Source of the DNA: Alphaproteobacteria bacterium
Lineage (GTDB): Bacteria > Pseudomonadota > Alphaproteobacteria > UBA7887
DNA: 64,000 nucleotides
Direction of reading: 5' to 3'
Assembly: GCA_965216755.1 (NCBI GenBank)
Contig: CBDCGL010000011.1
Span: 4,256,001 to 4,320,000, forward strand
The position numbers and the translations under genes were made by a program. Positions 48,570 through 57,936 of this stretch are shown piece after piece. Positions within the stretch are counted from its first letter, which is position 1. The number at the start of each line of letters is the position of its first letter. The notes below the pieces were generated by a model, which saw only the letters and a program-made list of their open reading frames with translations, searched no databases and was not told where the DNA came from.

Positions 48570-49877
48570 ATGTCCGCGCAGCGCGTCGTGCCAAGGCCCG
48601 ATACACGTCTGACTCCGGCAATGTCGGCGGCGCCGGCGTGGGATCTTGCATTGGCAACGGTCGATCCTGATACAGAGGTGATCGTCCTTGGAATCTGGCT
48701 GCACGGTGCTGCCATGATGCGCCGTCTCGCGGCACGTGGCTGGCGCGTTGTCGGCGTGACCGATGACCTCCGTGACGGTGCGCGGGCCTCGCGCTACTGC
48801 TTCACTGGGTTATGTCCCAACCCGAACTTGGATGCCGATGGCTGGCTCGAATTCATGAATGCCTTGGGCGCGCGCTGTACACGACGCCCGCTGCTTTTGC
48901 CGACCCTCGATCGTTTTGTTCTGGCCCTGGACCGTCACGCGGACAAACTATCTGGTAGCTTTCGCCTGCACGGTTTCGGCTCGAACTTACGCACCAGATT
49001 GACATCTAAGGAGCAATCTTACGCGCTAGCCGATAAGTCAGGTTTTCCGGTTGTCAAAGCGCAACCGATCGACAATGTCGACGCGTTGGCGGAATTTTGT
49101 CATGGCGCCACGTGGCCGGTCTTGCTGAAGCCGGACTTGACTTTCGAATGGCACAGGCCGGAGATCGCCAAGCAAATTGGCGATGCCAAAGTATTGCGCG
49201 GCGACTCTGTCGAGACGTTGTGCGCCGCGTACCAAGACATCGCCACATATTGTCCGCGCATGATCGCCCAAGAGGTCATCGTTGGGCCGGATGAAAATCT
49301 CATCTACTGGGCTGGTTTCGTTGACGCTGATCACCGGGTTCGAGGCCGCATTGTCGGGCGGAAGCTGCGCACGATGCCGCCAGGTTATGGATCTGCGACG
49401 TTTGTCACTTTGATTGATATGCCCGAGGTCGAGGCCACATGCGCGCGTTTCGTGCGGCGGATTGGCTATCAAGGATTGTGCGGTATCGAGTTGAAGATCG
49501 ACACCCGTGATGGGATCGCGAAGTTGATCGAGGTCAACTCGCGCTTTGGGCAATGGGACGAGCTGGGCGCGCCCTATGGCGTCGACCTGGCTCACGAAGC
49601 TGCGGCGGCTGCCTTTGATCGGCCATATCCGGACGCCGCCAGGCCAAGCCGGTTTGGCGGTCAATGGGTGCATCTGGGGTTGGATCTGGCCGCTTTGCGG
49701 CGCTATCGGGCCATGGGCCGCTTGACGATGTGGCGGTGGTTGCGGTCTTTCGGTTGGCGCCTGACCGTCACCGACCAGCCGTGGCGTAGCGATCCTGGCT
49801 ACGCCTGGGCGCAGCTGCGTCGTATCGGCGCGGCGGCACTGCGCGTCGCCACGGGACGATCGATTCGAACGAGCTGA
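48570..49877 (+). CDS. ATP-grasp carboxylate-amine ligase (D-aspartate-ligase-like)
   Basis: WPVLLKP, IAQEVIVG, GRKLR, IELKID, LIEVNSR. ATG lies 1 nt after the fadD-like stop. Confidence 0.8.
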   Translation: MSAQRVVPRPDTRLTPAMSAAPAWDLALATVDPDTEVIVLGIWLHGAAMMRRLAARGWRVVGVTDDLRDGARASRYCFTGLCPNPNLDADGWLEFMNALGARCTRRPLLLPTLDRFVLALDRHADKLSGSFRLHGFGSNLRTRLTSKEQSYALADKSGFPVVKAQPIDNVDALAEFCHGATWPVLLKPDLTFEWHRPEIAKQIGDAKVLRGDSVETLCAAYQDIATYCPRMIAQEVIVGPDENLIYWAGFVDADHRVRGRIVGRKLRTMPPGYGSATFVTLIDMPEVEATCARFVRRIGYQGLCGIELKIDTRDGIAKLIEVNSRFGQWDELGAPYGVDLAHEAAAAAFDRPYPDAARPSRFGGQWVHLGLDLAALRRYRAMGRLTMWRWLRSFGWRLTVTDQPWRSDPGYAWAQLRRIGAAALRVATGRSIRTS

Positions 49878-49959
49878 CCGGAACAGCCCGCGGTCGCGGT
49901 ATGTGGATACCGTCAATCGTCGCGCGGGCCCGGTCTTCCACTGCAAAGCAATTGTACGC

Positions 49960-50014
49960 TTGACAAAACACACCGTCCGGCCATTTATAAATCATACTGA
50001 TTTGGTCATGATTT
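49960..50014 (+). promoter_or_regulatory. suf operon promoter region with putative Rrf2 operator
   Basis: TTGACA at 49960, AT-rich CATTTATAAA downstream, and dyad AAATCAT-N12-ATGATTT at 49989-50014. Confidence 0.5.
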
Positions 50015-50039
50015 GTCCGCGCGCGCGGAAGGGGTACCA

Positions 50040-50528
50040 ATGATACGTTTGAGTCGCCTGGCAGACTACGCCGTGTTGTTGATGAGCCACTTTGCCCGCG
50101 ATAGCGCGGCGATCTATAACGCCCAGGACGTCGCGGCATCATGCGGCCTGCCGGCGGCGACGGTCAGCAAGATCTTGGCGGCCCTATCGCGCGATGGGCT
50201 GCTAGATTCGATCCGCGGTAGCAAGGGCGGCTACCATCTCGCTTTGCCGGCGGAAGAAATCTCGGCGGAACAGATCATTCGCGCGATCGATGGTCCGATC
50301 GCTCTAACGGTGTGCGTGGACCAAGGGCCCGACAATTGCGAGGTCGCGGCTTTTTGTCCATCCCGCGCCAATTGGCGCAAGATCAATGATGCTGTATGCG
50401 ATGCCTTGCGCGCGGTACGGTTGACTGACTTGACGACCACGTCAGCATTGTTTCCATTGCCAACAGATGCCGTGACATCTGAGGTCGTGGAGCAAGGCAA
50501 ACACAGACGCGACCGCGCAGAAGTGTAA
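50040..50528 (+). CDS. Rrf2-family SUF-system Fe-S cluster assembly regulator
   Basis: MIRLSRLADYAV, SIRGSKGGY, IDGPIALTVC..C..C; first gene of the suf operon. Confidence 0.9.
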   Translation: MIRLSRLADYAVLLMSHFARDSAAIYNAQDVAASCGLPAATVSKILAALSRDGLLDSIRGSKGGYHLALPAEEISAEQIIRAIDGPIALTVCVDQGPDNCEVAAFCPSRANWRKINDAVCDALRAVRLTDLTTTSALFPLPTDAVTSEVVEQGKHRRDRAEV

Positions 50529-50600
50529 GTCGCACATCCGCACCAGCAATGACGATCAAAAGAGAAACCGCGAAACGCGGACGGTGGAGAGGTTCTAACG

Positions 50601-52061
50601 ATGGCAGCATCGGTCGATACGGTTACCGCCGTTGAAGAGGTAACCGGCGGCGATTACAAATACGGTTTTACAACCGATATCGACGCGGAATTCGCGCCGA
50701 AAGGTTTGAACCGCGACATCGTTCGGTTCATTTCGGCGAAAAAAGACGAGCCGAAATGGTTGCTTGATTGGCGATTGACCGCGTTCGAGCGCTGGCTGCA
50801 AAGTAAGTCCGACGAACCGGAATGGGCCAATGTGCGGTATGCACCGATCGATTTTCAAGACGCGTATTATTATGCCGCGCCACGGCAAACCGAGCGGCCA
50901 AAAAGCTTGGACGAGGTTGATCCGGAACTGCTGCGGACCTACGAGAAACTCGGCATTCCGTTGCGTGAGCAAGAAATGTTGGCCGGTGTCGCGGTCGATG
51001 CGGTGTTTGATAGTGTGTCCGTGGCAACCACGTTTAAAGGCAAACTCAAGGAACTGGGCATCATCTTCTGTCCAATTTCGGAAGCCGTGCGTGATCATCC
51101 GGACTTGGTTCGAAAATATTTGGGCAGCGTTGTTCCTTATGGGGACAATTTCTATGCAACGCTGAATTCGGCGGTTTTCAGCGACGGCTCGTTCGTCTAT
51201 GTGCCGCCCGGGGTTCGCTGCCCGATGGAGCTGAGTACCTATTTTCGCATTAATGCAGCCGAAACTGGACAATTCGAGCGCACGCTTATTATTGCAGACG
51301 AAGGCAGTTATGTGAGCTATTTAGAAGGCTGTACCGCGCCGATGCGCAGTGAGCATCAGCTCCACGCGGCCGTGGTCGAATTGGTGGCCATGGACAATGC
51401 CGAAATCAAGTACGCGACGGTCCAAAATTGGTACCCCGGCGACAAGGATGGCCGCGGCGGAATCTATAATTTTGTCACAAAACGAGGCGCCTGTCGGGGC
51501 AAGAATTCGAAGATATCGTGGACCCAGGTAGAGACCGGTTCGGCCATTACCTGGAAATATCCGAGCGTTATTTTGCAGGGTGATAATTCGGTTGGCGAGT
51601 TTTATTCGGTCGCGATCACCAACAATCGCCAGCAAGCCGATACAGGGACAAAAATGATTCATATCGGCCGCAATACCTCAAGCACGATCATTTCGAAAGG
51701 CATATCCGCTGGGCACGGCCAGCAAACCTATCGCGGCTTGGTCCGGGTTCAGGGCAAAGCGGACAAGGCGCGCAACTATACCCAGTGCGACTCACTGTTG
51801 ATCGGCGAAAAATGTGGCGGTCATACCGTTCCTTACGTCGAAGTCAAGAACCGCTCGGCGCGGGTTGAACATGAAGCGACAACATCAAAAATCAGCGACG
51901 ATCAGTTGTTCTACTGTCGGCAGCGAGGATTGTCCGACGAAGATGCTGTGTCGCTGATCGTCAACGGCTTCTGCAAGGAAGTCCTGCAAAAACTACCGAT
52001 GGAATTTGCCGTTGAGGCGCAAAAGCTTTTGGGCATTAGCCTAGAAGGTGCCGTTGGCTGA
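50601..52061 (+). CDS. sufB: Fe-S cluster assembly protein SufB
   Basis: [54 protein letters not shown]. Confidence 0.98.
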   Translation: MAASVDTVTAVEEVTGGDYKYGFTTDIDAEFAPKGLNRDIVRFISAKKDEPKWLLDWRLTAFERWLQSKSDEPEWANVRYAPIDFQDAYYYAAPRQTERPKSLDEVDPELLRTYEKLGIPLREQEMLAGVAVDAVFDSVSVATTFKGKLKELGIIFCPISEAVRDHPDLVRKYLGSVVPYGDNFYATLNSAVFSDGSFVYVPPGVRCPMELSTYFRINAAETGQFERTLIIADEGSYVSYLEGCTAPMRSEHQLHAAVVELVAMDNAEIKYATVQNWYPGDKDGRGGIYNFVTKRGACRGKNSKISWTQVETGSAITWKYPSVILQGDNSVGEFYSVAITNNRQQADTGTKMIHIGRNTSSTIISKGISAGHGQQTYRGLVRVQGKADKARNYTQCDSLLIGEKCGGHTVPYVEVKNRSARVEHEATTSKISDDQLFYCRQRGLSDEDAVSLIVNGFCKEVLQKLPMEFAVEAQKLLGISLEGAVG

Positions 52062-52079
52062 ACCGGGGCATTAGAGACC

Positions 52080-52826
52080 ATGCTGAATATCGAAGACCTT
52101 TGCGCGAGCGTCGATGGCAAACAGATTCTGTCTGGCCTGAGCTTGCAACTGGACCCAGGCCAAGTGCACGCCATCATGGGGCCAAATGGATCCGGCAAAA
52201 GTACATTGGCGCACGTTTTGGCAGGCCGCGGTGGCTACGAAGTCACATCCGGATCCGTCACCTATCAAGGCAAAGATTTGTTGGCTTTGGCGCCGGACGA
52301 GCGTGCGCGTGAAGGTATCTTTCTGGCGTTTCAATATCCGGTCGAAATTCCGGGCGTGGCGAACGCGACATTCCTGCGGGCTTCGGTGAACGCAGTCCGT
52401 CAGCATCGTGGTGAACCCGAACTTGACGCGATCAAGTTCCTGAAGCAGGCACGGGCGATGCTCAAGGACCTGCAGATGGATGACTCGTTTTTGAATCGTC
52501 CGGTCAATGTCGGCTTTTCGGGCGGCGAGAAAAAGCGAAACGAGATTCTACAGTTGGCCCTGTTGAAACCGGCACTGGTCATTCTCGACGAAACCGACTC
52601 CGGTTTGGATATTGACGCGCTTAAGATTGTTGCCGATGGCGTCAACAAGTTGCGCAGCCCGGATCGGGCCATTTTAGTCATTACCCATTACCAACGTTTG
52701 CTCGACTATATCGTGCCGGATCGCATTCATGTGTTGGCCCATGGTCGGATTGTGCGCTCTGGCGACAAAGGGCTGGCGCGCGAGTTAGAGGATAAGGGGT
52801 ATGCCGAATTTGGAACGGCAGCGTAA
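52080..52826 (+). CDS. sufC: Fe-S cluster assembly ATPase SufC
   Basis: GPNGSGKST, FQYPVEIPGV, GFSGGEKKRNE, LDETDSGLDIDAL, ITHYQRLL. Confidence 0.98.
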   Translation: MLNIEDLCASVDGKQILSGLSLQLDPGQVHAIMGPNGSGKSTLAHVLAGRGGYEVTSGSVTYQGKDLLALAPDERAREGIFLAFQYPVEIPGVANATFLRASVNAVRQHRGEPELDAIKFLKQARAMLKDLQMDDSFLNRPVNVGFSGGEKKRNEILQLALLKPALVILDETDSGLDIDALKIVADGVNKLRSPDRAILVITHYQRLLDYIVPDRIHVLAHGRIVRSGDKGLARELEDKGYAEFGTAA

Positions 52827-52829
52827 ACG

Positions 52830-54206
52830 ATGGCGCTAACCTTACGCAGCGATGGCGTGGCGCCGCTTGTGGCCCATTTTGATGCCATTCGTGGCGCGCT
52901 GCCGGGTCAAGACCTGGCATGGCTCGGTGACCTGCGCACCGAGGCGTTGGCGCAGTTCACGGCCGCCGGCGTGCCCGGGGCAAAGGTCGAGGAATGGAAA
53001 TACAGTGCCGTTGCCCGCGCTCTGTCGGGCGACGCGCCGGCTGGTGAAGGTCGTCGCACGGCGGCACCGGCAGTCGATGCCGCCATGGTACGCGCCCAAA
53101 TCGACGATTACGATGGTCCAAGTCTGGTGTTTGTCGACGGCATCCATCAGCCGCAATTGAGTCGTGTGCCGGTGGGGCAAAAGGGTATTTCGATCCGTCC
53201 TCTCAGCACCGTCTTGGCGGAGTCGCCCGAAGATCTGCGTCCGTTTTTGGCCAAGAGCCACGATCGCGCGGAACATCGGCTGTCGGGGCAGGTTGATCGT
53301 CGACCATTCGCGCTCATTGCCTTGAATGCGGCGTTGATGGCTGATGGCGCGGCCATAAAGGTGGCCGCCGATACTGTGTGCGAAACGCGGATCTACATAC
53401 TGCATCTGAATCGGCACGGGGATGACCAAGGTATGGTCACGCCGCGGACAGTTGTTGCCTGCGATAGCGGTGCCCAGTGCCGGATTGTGGAAAGCTATGT
53501 CGGGGTGGGCGACGCCAGCTATCTGACCAATGCGGTCACACAGATTTTTGTTGGCTCAAACGGCCGGGTTGAACACTGGCGTTTACAGGCTGAATGCGGC
53601 GCGGCCAACCATGTTGGCGCGACATTGGTGGATTTGGGCGATGGCGCGCGCTACGACGCCACCGATGTCACGATTGGGGGTGGCGCCAATCGCGCCGAAA
53701 TGCGCGTTGGGCTCGCGGGCGATCATGCCCAATGCCACTTGAAAGGGCTCTATTTGGGGCGCGGCCGGCAGCAGCATGATCTTCTCACGCGCTTAGACCA
53801 TGTCGGTCAAGATTGTATCAGCGATCAGGTGTACAAAGGGGTGATTGGCGGCAATGCGCGCGGTGCTTTTCAGGGCAAAATCCACGTTGCGCCGAATGCT
53901 TTGAAAACAGATGCAAAACTACTGAATAAGAATCTGATTGTGTCCGACGCCGGCGAAGCCGACAGCAAGCCGGAGCTTGAGATCCTGGCCGATGATGTCA
54001 AATGTGCGCATGGTTCGACGGTTGGGGATCTGGATTTGGATGCATTGTTCTATTTGCGCGCGCGGGGAATCGATGAAGCTGCGGCACGCGCCTTGTTGAT
54101 AAATGGCTTTGTCGCCGATGTACTGGACGGCGCCGGCGATGAAACGGTCGCCGGACAAATGCGGCGGGCGGTCAATCAATGGTTGGCGGGCGAGGTGCAA
54201 TCATGA
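52830..54206 (+). CDS. sufD: Fe-S cluster assembly protein SufD
   Basis: EEWKY, FQGKIHV, KPELEILADDVKCAHGSTVG, LFYLRARGI. Confidence 0.96.
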   Translation: MALTLRSDGVAPLVAHFDAIRGALPGQDLAWLGDLRTEALAQFTAAGVPGAKVEEWKYSAVARALSGDAPAGEGRRTAAPAVDAAMVRAQIDDYDGPSLVFVDGIHQPQLSRVPVGQKGISIRPLSTVLAESPEDLRPFLAKSHDRAEHRLSGQVDRRPFALIALNAALMADGAAIKVAADTVCETRIYILHLNRHGDDQGMVTPRTVVACDSGAQCRIVESYVGVGDASYLTNAVTQIFVGSNGRVEHWRLQAECGAANHVGATLVDLGDGARYDATDVTIGGGANRAEMRVGLAGDHAQCHLKGLYLGRGRQQHDLLTRLDHVGQDCISDQVYKGVIGGNARGAFQGKIHVAPNALKTDAKLLNKNLIVSDAGEADSKPELEILADDVKCAHGSTVGDLDLDALFYLRARGIDEAAARALLINGFVADVLDGAGDETVAGQMRRAVNQWLAGEVQS

Positions 54207-55456
54207 ATGCCATGACGGCGGACAGGGCGCCGGTGCCGGTTTTTGACGCCATCCAGGCGCGCTCCGATTTTCCCATCCTCGGCGAGTCGATGTATGGCAA
54301 ACCGTTAGTGTATCTGGATAGCGCGGCAAGCGCGCAAAAGCCACGTTGTGTAATTGACGCCATCAGTGGTTGCTATGAGAAGCAATATGCCAATGTCCAT
54401 CGGGGCGTGTATTGGCTCAGCGAGCGGACGACCGAGGCCTATGAGGACGCGCGAGAAAAAGCGCGGGCGCACATTAACGCGCCCCGTGGCCGCGAGGTGG
54501 TTTTCGTGCGCGGTGCGACAGAAGGCCTGAACCTGGTTGCCAGCAGCTACGTCCGGGCGTTCATGAAGCCCGGTGACGAAGTGATTATCAGCGCGATGGA
54601 GCACCACTCCAATATCGTGCCCTGGCAAATGGCCCGCGATCAGTTTGGAATCGTGCTGAAGGTGGTGCCGATTACCGATGCCGGCGAATTGAAGCTTGGC
54701 GCGCTCGAAGCTTTGATCACCGCGCGCACCAAAATGATCGCAATCACCCATGTGGCCAACGCGTTGGGCACCGTGCTGCCGGTTGAGGCGATTTGCCGGT
54801 TGGGCCGCGATCGCGGCGTTCATGTGCTGATTGACGGGTGCCAAGCGGTGCCGCACATGCCGGTCGATGTGCAAGAGCTGGGCTGCGACTTCTATGTCTA
54901 TTCGGGTCATAAACTCTATGGTCCCAGCGGTATTGGCATTTTGTACGGCCGCGAAGACTTGCTGGATGCGATGCCGCCCTATCAAGGCGGCGGCGAAATG
55001 ATCAGCTCGGTAACGTTCGAGAAGACCGAATTCGCTGCCTTGCCGCACAAGTTCGAGGCGGGCACGCCGCATATTGTCGGCGCCATAGGTTTGGGTGCAG
55101 CGATCGACTATCTCGCTGGTATCGACAGCGCGGCCCTGGCGGCGCATGAAGCCGACGTGTTGGACTATGGCGCGCGCCAGCTTAGTGCCGTGGCGGGGCT
55201 GCGCATGATTGGCACGGCACAACACAAGGCCGGCGTCTTGTCGTTTGTGCTCGATGGCGTGCACCCGCACGACGTCGGCACGATCCTGGATCGTGAAGCC
55301 ATCGCTGTGCGCGTCGGGCATCATTGCGCCCAGCCGGTCATGGATCGGTTTGGCGTTCCGGCGACTGTGCGCGCGTCGATTGGGCTCTACAATACGCGCG
55401 AGGATATTGACGCGCTGGTGACGGGTTTGGAAAAAGTGCGGCGGATTTTTGGCTAA
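54203..55456 (+). CDS. sufS: Cysteine desulfurase SufS
   Basis: YLDSAASAQKP, ANVHRG, MEHHSN, SGHKLYGP, FEAGTP, RVGHHCAQP. Confidence 0.97.
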   Translation: MNAMTADRAPVPVFDAIQARSDFPILGESMYGKPLVYLDSAASAQKPRCVIDAISGCYEKQYANVHRGVYWLSERTTEAYEDAREKARAHINAPRGREVVFVRGATEGLNLVASSYVRAFMKPGDEVIISAMEHHSNIVPWQMARDQFGIVLKVVPITDAGELKLGALEALITARTKMIAITHVANALGTVLPVEAICRLGRDRGVHVLIDGCQAVPHMPVDVQELGCDFYVYSGHKLYGPSGIGILYGREDLLDAMPPYQGGGEMISSVTFEKTEFAALPHKFEAGTPHIVGAIGLGAAIDYLAGIDSAALAAHEADVLDYGARQLSAVAGLRMIGTAQHKAGVLSFVLDGVHPHDVGTILDREAIAVRVGHHCAQPVMDRFGVPATVRASIGLYNTREDIDALVTGLEKVRRIFG

Positions 55457-55914
55457 TGTCAGACCTGAGAGACCTCTATCAGGAAGTGATCCTGGATCAT
55501 AATCGGCGGCCGAGGAATTTCGGCCAATTGGCTGAGCCGTGCCGCCACGCGGACGGCCATAACCCGCTATGCGGGGATCGGCTGACCGTTTACCTGAATG
55601 TCGACGACGGCACGGTCCAAGATATTCGTTTTGAGGGCAATGGCTGCGCCATATCGACCGCGTCGGCGTCCATGATGACCGAATTGGTCAAGGGCAAGAC
55701 CGAGGCCCAGGCCGAGGCTCTGTTCGCAACATTTCGCGGCATGTGTACGGGGGAAGACGTGTCCGAAGTGGCGGCGACCGACGAAGAGGACCGCGACGTG
55801 TTGGAAGTCTTGTCGGGGGTACGGGAATTTCCCATGCGCGTCAAATGCGCAACCCTAGCGTGGCATACGCTGAGCGCCGCCTTGCACGGTGAAGATGCCG
55901 CGACGACCGAATAG
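55456..55914 (+). CDS. sufU: SUF-system NifU-family protein SufU
   Basis: LYQEVILDH, NPLCGD, GCAISTASAS, RVKCATLAWH. Confidence 0.95.
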   Translation: MSDLRDLYQEVILDHNRRPRNFGQLAEPCRHADGHNPLCGDRLTVYLNVDDGTVQDIRFEGNGCAISTASASMMTELVKGKTEAQAEALFATFRGMCTGEDVSEVAATDEEDRDVLEVLSGVREFPMRVKCATLAWHTLSAALHGEDAATTE

Positions 55915-55950
55915 AGAGACGGGGCGGACAGCGAGCAAGCAAAAGGTTCA

Positions 55951-56355
55951 GTGATGTTTGGAAGCTTTTTCGGTAGCCGGGCGCCAGATCTGGAAATGGA
56001 AAGCGCCGTATTGAGCGCACAGGCGGGCGAACCTTTAGAGACAGGTTCGCCCGTGGCCGGCAAAGAAACGGTGGTCGCGGCTCTACAGACTGTTTACGAC
56101 CCAGAGATTCCGGTCAATATCTATGATCTGGGGCTGATCTATGACATTCAGATCAGCGAAACCGGCCAGGTGGCGATCCAAATGACATTGACCACCCCGG
56201 GCTGCCCGGTGGCAGGCTCGATGCCCGGCATGGTCGCCCAGGCCGTGGCGGCCAGCGAGGGTGTCGGCGAGGTCGAGGTCGTCTTGGTTTGGGAGCCGCC
56301 GTGGACTCAGGATCGCATGACCGAAGCCGCCAAGCTGGAATTGGGCATGTTTTGA
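55951..56355 (+). CDS. sufT: SUF-system protein SufT (DUF59)
   Basis: VYDPEIPVNIYDLGLIY, MTLTTPGCPVA, WEPPW. Confidence 0.92.
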   Translation: MMFGSFFGSRAPDLEMESAVLSAQAGEPLETGSPVAGKETVVAALQTVYDPEIPVNIYDLGLIYDIQISETGQVAIQMTLTTPGCPVAGSMPGMVAQAVAASEGVGEVEVVLVWEPPWTQDRMTEAAKLELGMF

Positions 56356-56400
56356 TGTCGTCTTTGCCAAGTTGGAATACCTGTATCAAAAGGACGCCAG

Positions 56401-56742
56401 ATGGCCGATAGACCGCCGCTTCTCACCTTGACCGCTGCCGCCGCCACCCGCGTTAAAGAGGTATTGGCGAAGCGTGATACGCCGGCGCTTGGTCTGCGCA
56501 TTGGTATTAAGAACGCCGGCTGCTCGGGCATGTCGTATACGGTCGATTATGCCGACGAAGTCGGGCCGCACGACGAAGTGATCAACGACAAGGGGGTCAC
56601 CATAATCGTTGCGCCGACCGCTTCGCTGTTTTTGATCGGCAGTGAGGTCGATTATGTGGAAGACCGTTTGCAATCGGGCTTCGTGTTTTCAAATCCGAAT
56701 GAGAAAGGCCGCTGCGGCTGCGGCGAGTCGTTTCACGTCTAG
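56401..56742 (+). CDS. sufA: A-type Fe-S carrier (SufA/IscA)
   Basis: LTLTAAA, GCSGMSY, NPNEKGRCGCGESF. Confidence 0.93.
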   Translation: MADRPPLLTLTAAAATRVKEVLAKRDTPALGLRIGIKNAGCSGMSYTVDYADEVGPHDEVINDKGVTIIVAPTASLFLIGSEVDYVEDRLQSGFVFSNPNEKGRCGCGESFHV

Positions 56743-56744
56743 AA

Positions 56745-56870
56745 TCAATTACGGTGAATTACGGTGACAGTTTACTTAATTCCGATCGAAGTGCTTGTGG
56801 ACGAAAACGGAACCGCAACTGAATTAAGTAAACTGTCACCGTAATTCACCGTAATTGACTGTCACCGTAA
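56745..56870. repeat. Perfect 38-bp inverted repeat around a 38-bp spacer, plus a partial third copy (REPIN/MITE-like)
   Basis: 56745-56782 TCAATTACGGTGAATTACGGTGACAGTTTACTTAATTC is the exact reverse complement of 56821-56858; extra CTGTCACCGTAA at 56859-56870. Confidence 0.9.
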
Positions 56871-56943
56871 GTCCGATCCGCATAAAACGACGGCCCGACA
56901 ACGGCGACATAAGCCGCCACTATCGGGCCGAGGTTTGATCAGT

Positions 56944-56973
56944 CTTGAACCGGGCCTGACGGCCCGATTCAGG
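56944..56973 (-). terminator. Hairpin just downstream of the histone-like gene (possible terminator)
   Basis: TGAACCGGGCC-TGAC-GGCCCGATTCA stem, 12 nt beyond the stop; no clear U-tract. Confidence 0.35.
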
Positions 56974-56985
56974 CTGACGGCGTAA

Positions 56986-57759
56986 CTAGATGCGCGCGAT
57001 GCCGTTCTGACGGGCAGAATAGGCTTTCCGGAACGCGGTGCTCGACGTAATCGACGAACCGCCGCTCCGGCGCGCGGAACCGCCGGCCTTGCGGGCCGTG
57101 GTCTTGCGAGCGCTGGCGCTACGGCGCGGGCTCGCCTTACGGACCGACACCTTGCGGGTGCTGGTACGCTTGGCAGCCGTGGCCTTCCGAGCAGTCGTCT
57201 TGCGGGCTGTCGTCCGCTTGGCTGCGGTGCGGCGGGCCGTGCTCTTGCGGGCCGTGCTCTTGCGCGCGGTCGTGCGCCGCGCTGCGCTGGCGCGCCGGGT
57301 CGCGGCTTTGCGTGCGGTGGCTTTCCGCGCGGTCGTCTTGCGTGCCGTTGTCCGCTTGGCTGCCGTGCGGCGGGCCGTGGTCTTGCGGGCTGACGAAGCG
57401 CGCCGGGTGGTGGCACGTTTTGCAGTGGCTTTGCGCGCCGTGCTCTTACGTGCAGTGGTCTTTTTCTTCGCCGCGGTCTTCTTGGCCGTGCTCGAAGCCC
57501 GGGCGGTTACTTTCTTCGCCGACGCGGCGAGAGTGGCAGCCTTCTTGGCGGCGGATTCGGCGGTCTTTGCACTGACGGCGACCCTGCCAACAACTTTGGC
57601 CATTTGGGTCACGGTACGCGCGACGGCTTTGATTTCTTTCTCAATGGCCCGCAGCTGTTTCGTCATTGCCTGCACTTGCGTGGCAGAGACCGGTTTGCTG
57701 GTGGCCGCCTTTCGGGCTGTCGAAGCCTTTCGGGACGACGACTTTGCCTTAGTTGCCAT
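56986..57759 (-). CDS. Histone H1-like Lys/Arg/Ala/Thr-rich DNA-binding protein
   Basis: MATKAKSSSRK start with GAGG upstream, a short helical segment, then more than 20 pentapeptide repeats (ARKTT, ARKAT, ARKST, AKRTT). Confidence 0.75.
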   Translation of the reverse strand: MATKAKSSSRKASTARKAATSKPVSATQVQAMTKQLRAIEKEIKAVARTVTQMAKVVGRVAVSAKTAESAAKKAATLAASAKKVTARASSTAKKTAAKKKTTARKSTARKATAKRATTRRASSARKTTARRTAAKRTTARKTTARKATARKAATRRASAARRTTARKSTARKSTARRTAAKRTTARKTTARKATAAKRTSTRKVSVRKASPRRSASARKTTARKAGGSARRSGGSSITSSTAFRKAYSARQNGIARI

Positions 57760-57936
57760 GGGAATTGCCTCTTGACTCGTTAACGAAATCGGGCGGCCGA
57801 ATCGCCACCGCTGCAAGTTGATCTAGGCGCACATGCTTAAAAAAGTCTTACTTTTTGCCTGATCCGCAGAATTTGTTGTTTGTGAGTCACGCATTTAGAA
57901 GCAAAACGGCACTCAGTGCCGGCATGACTTGGACAA

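Noticed and set aside
56745-56870. Mini CRISPR array (38-bp repeat, 38-bp spacer)
   Set aside because: The repeats are inverted rather than direct, there are only two full copies, and no cas genes are present.
57038-57775. 245-aa plus-strand ORF of RAVVL repeats
   Set aside because: Antisense shadow of the histone-like gene; the minus strand has the RBS and a known composition type.
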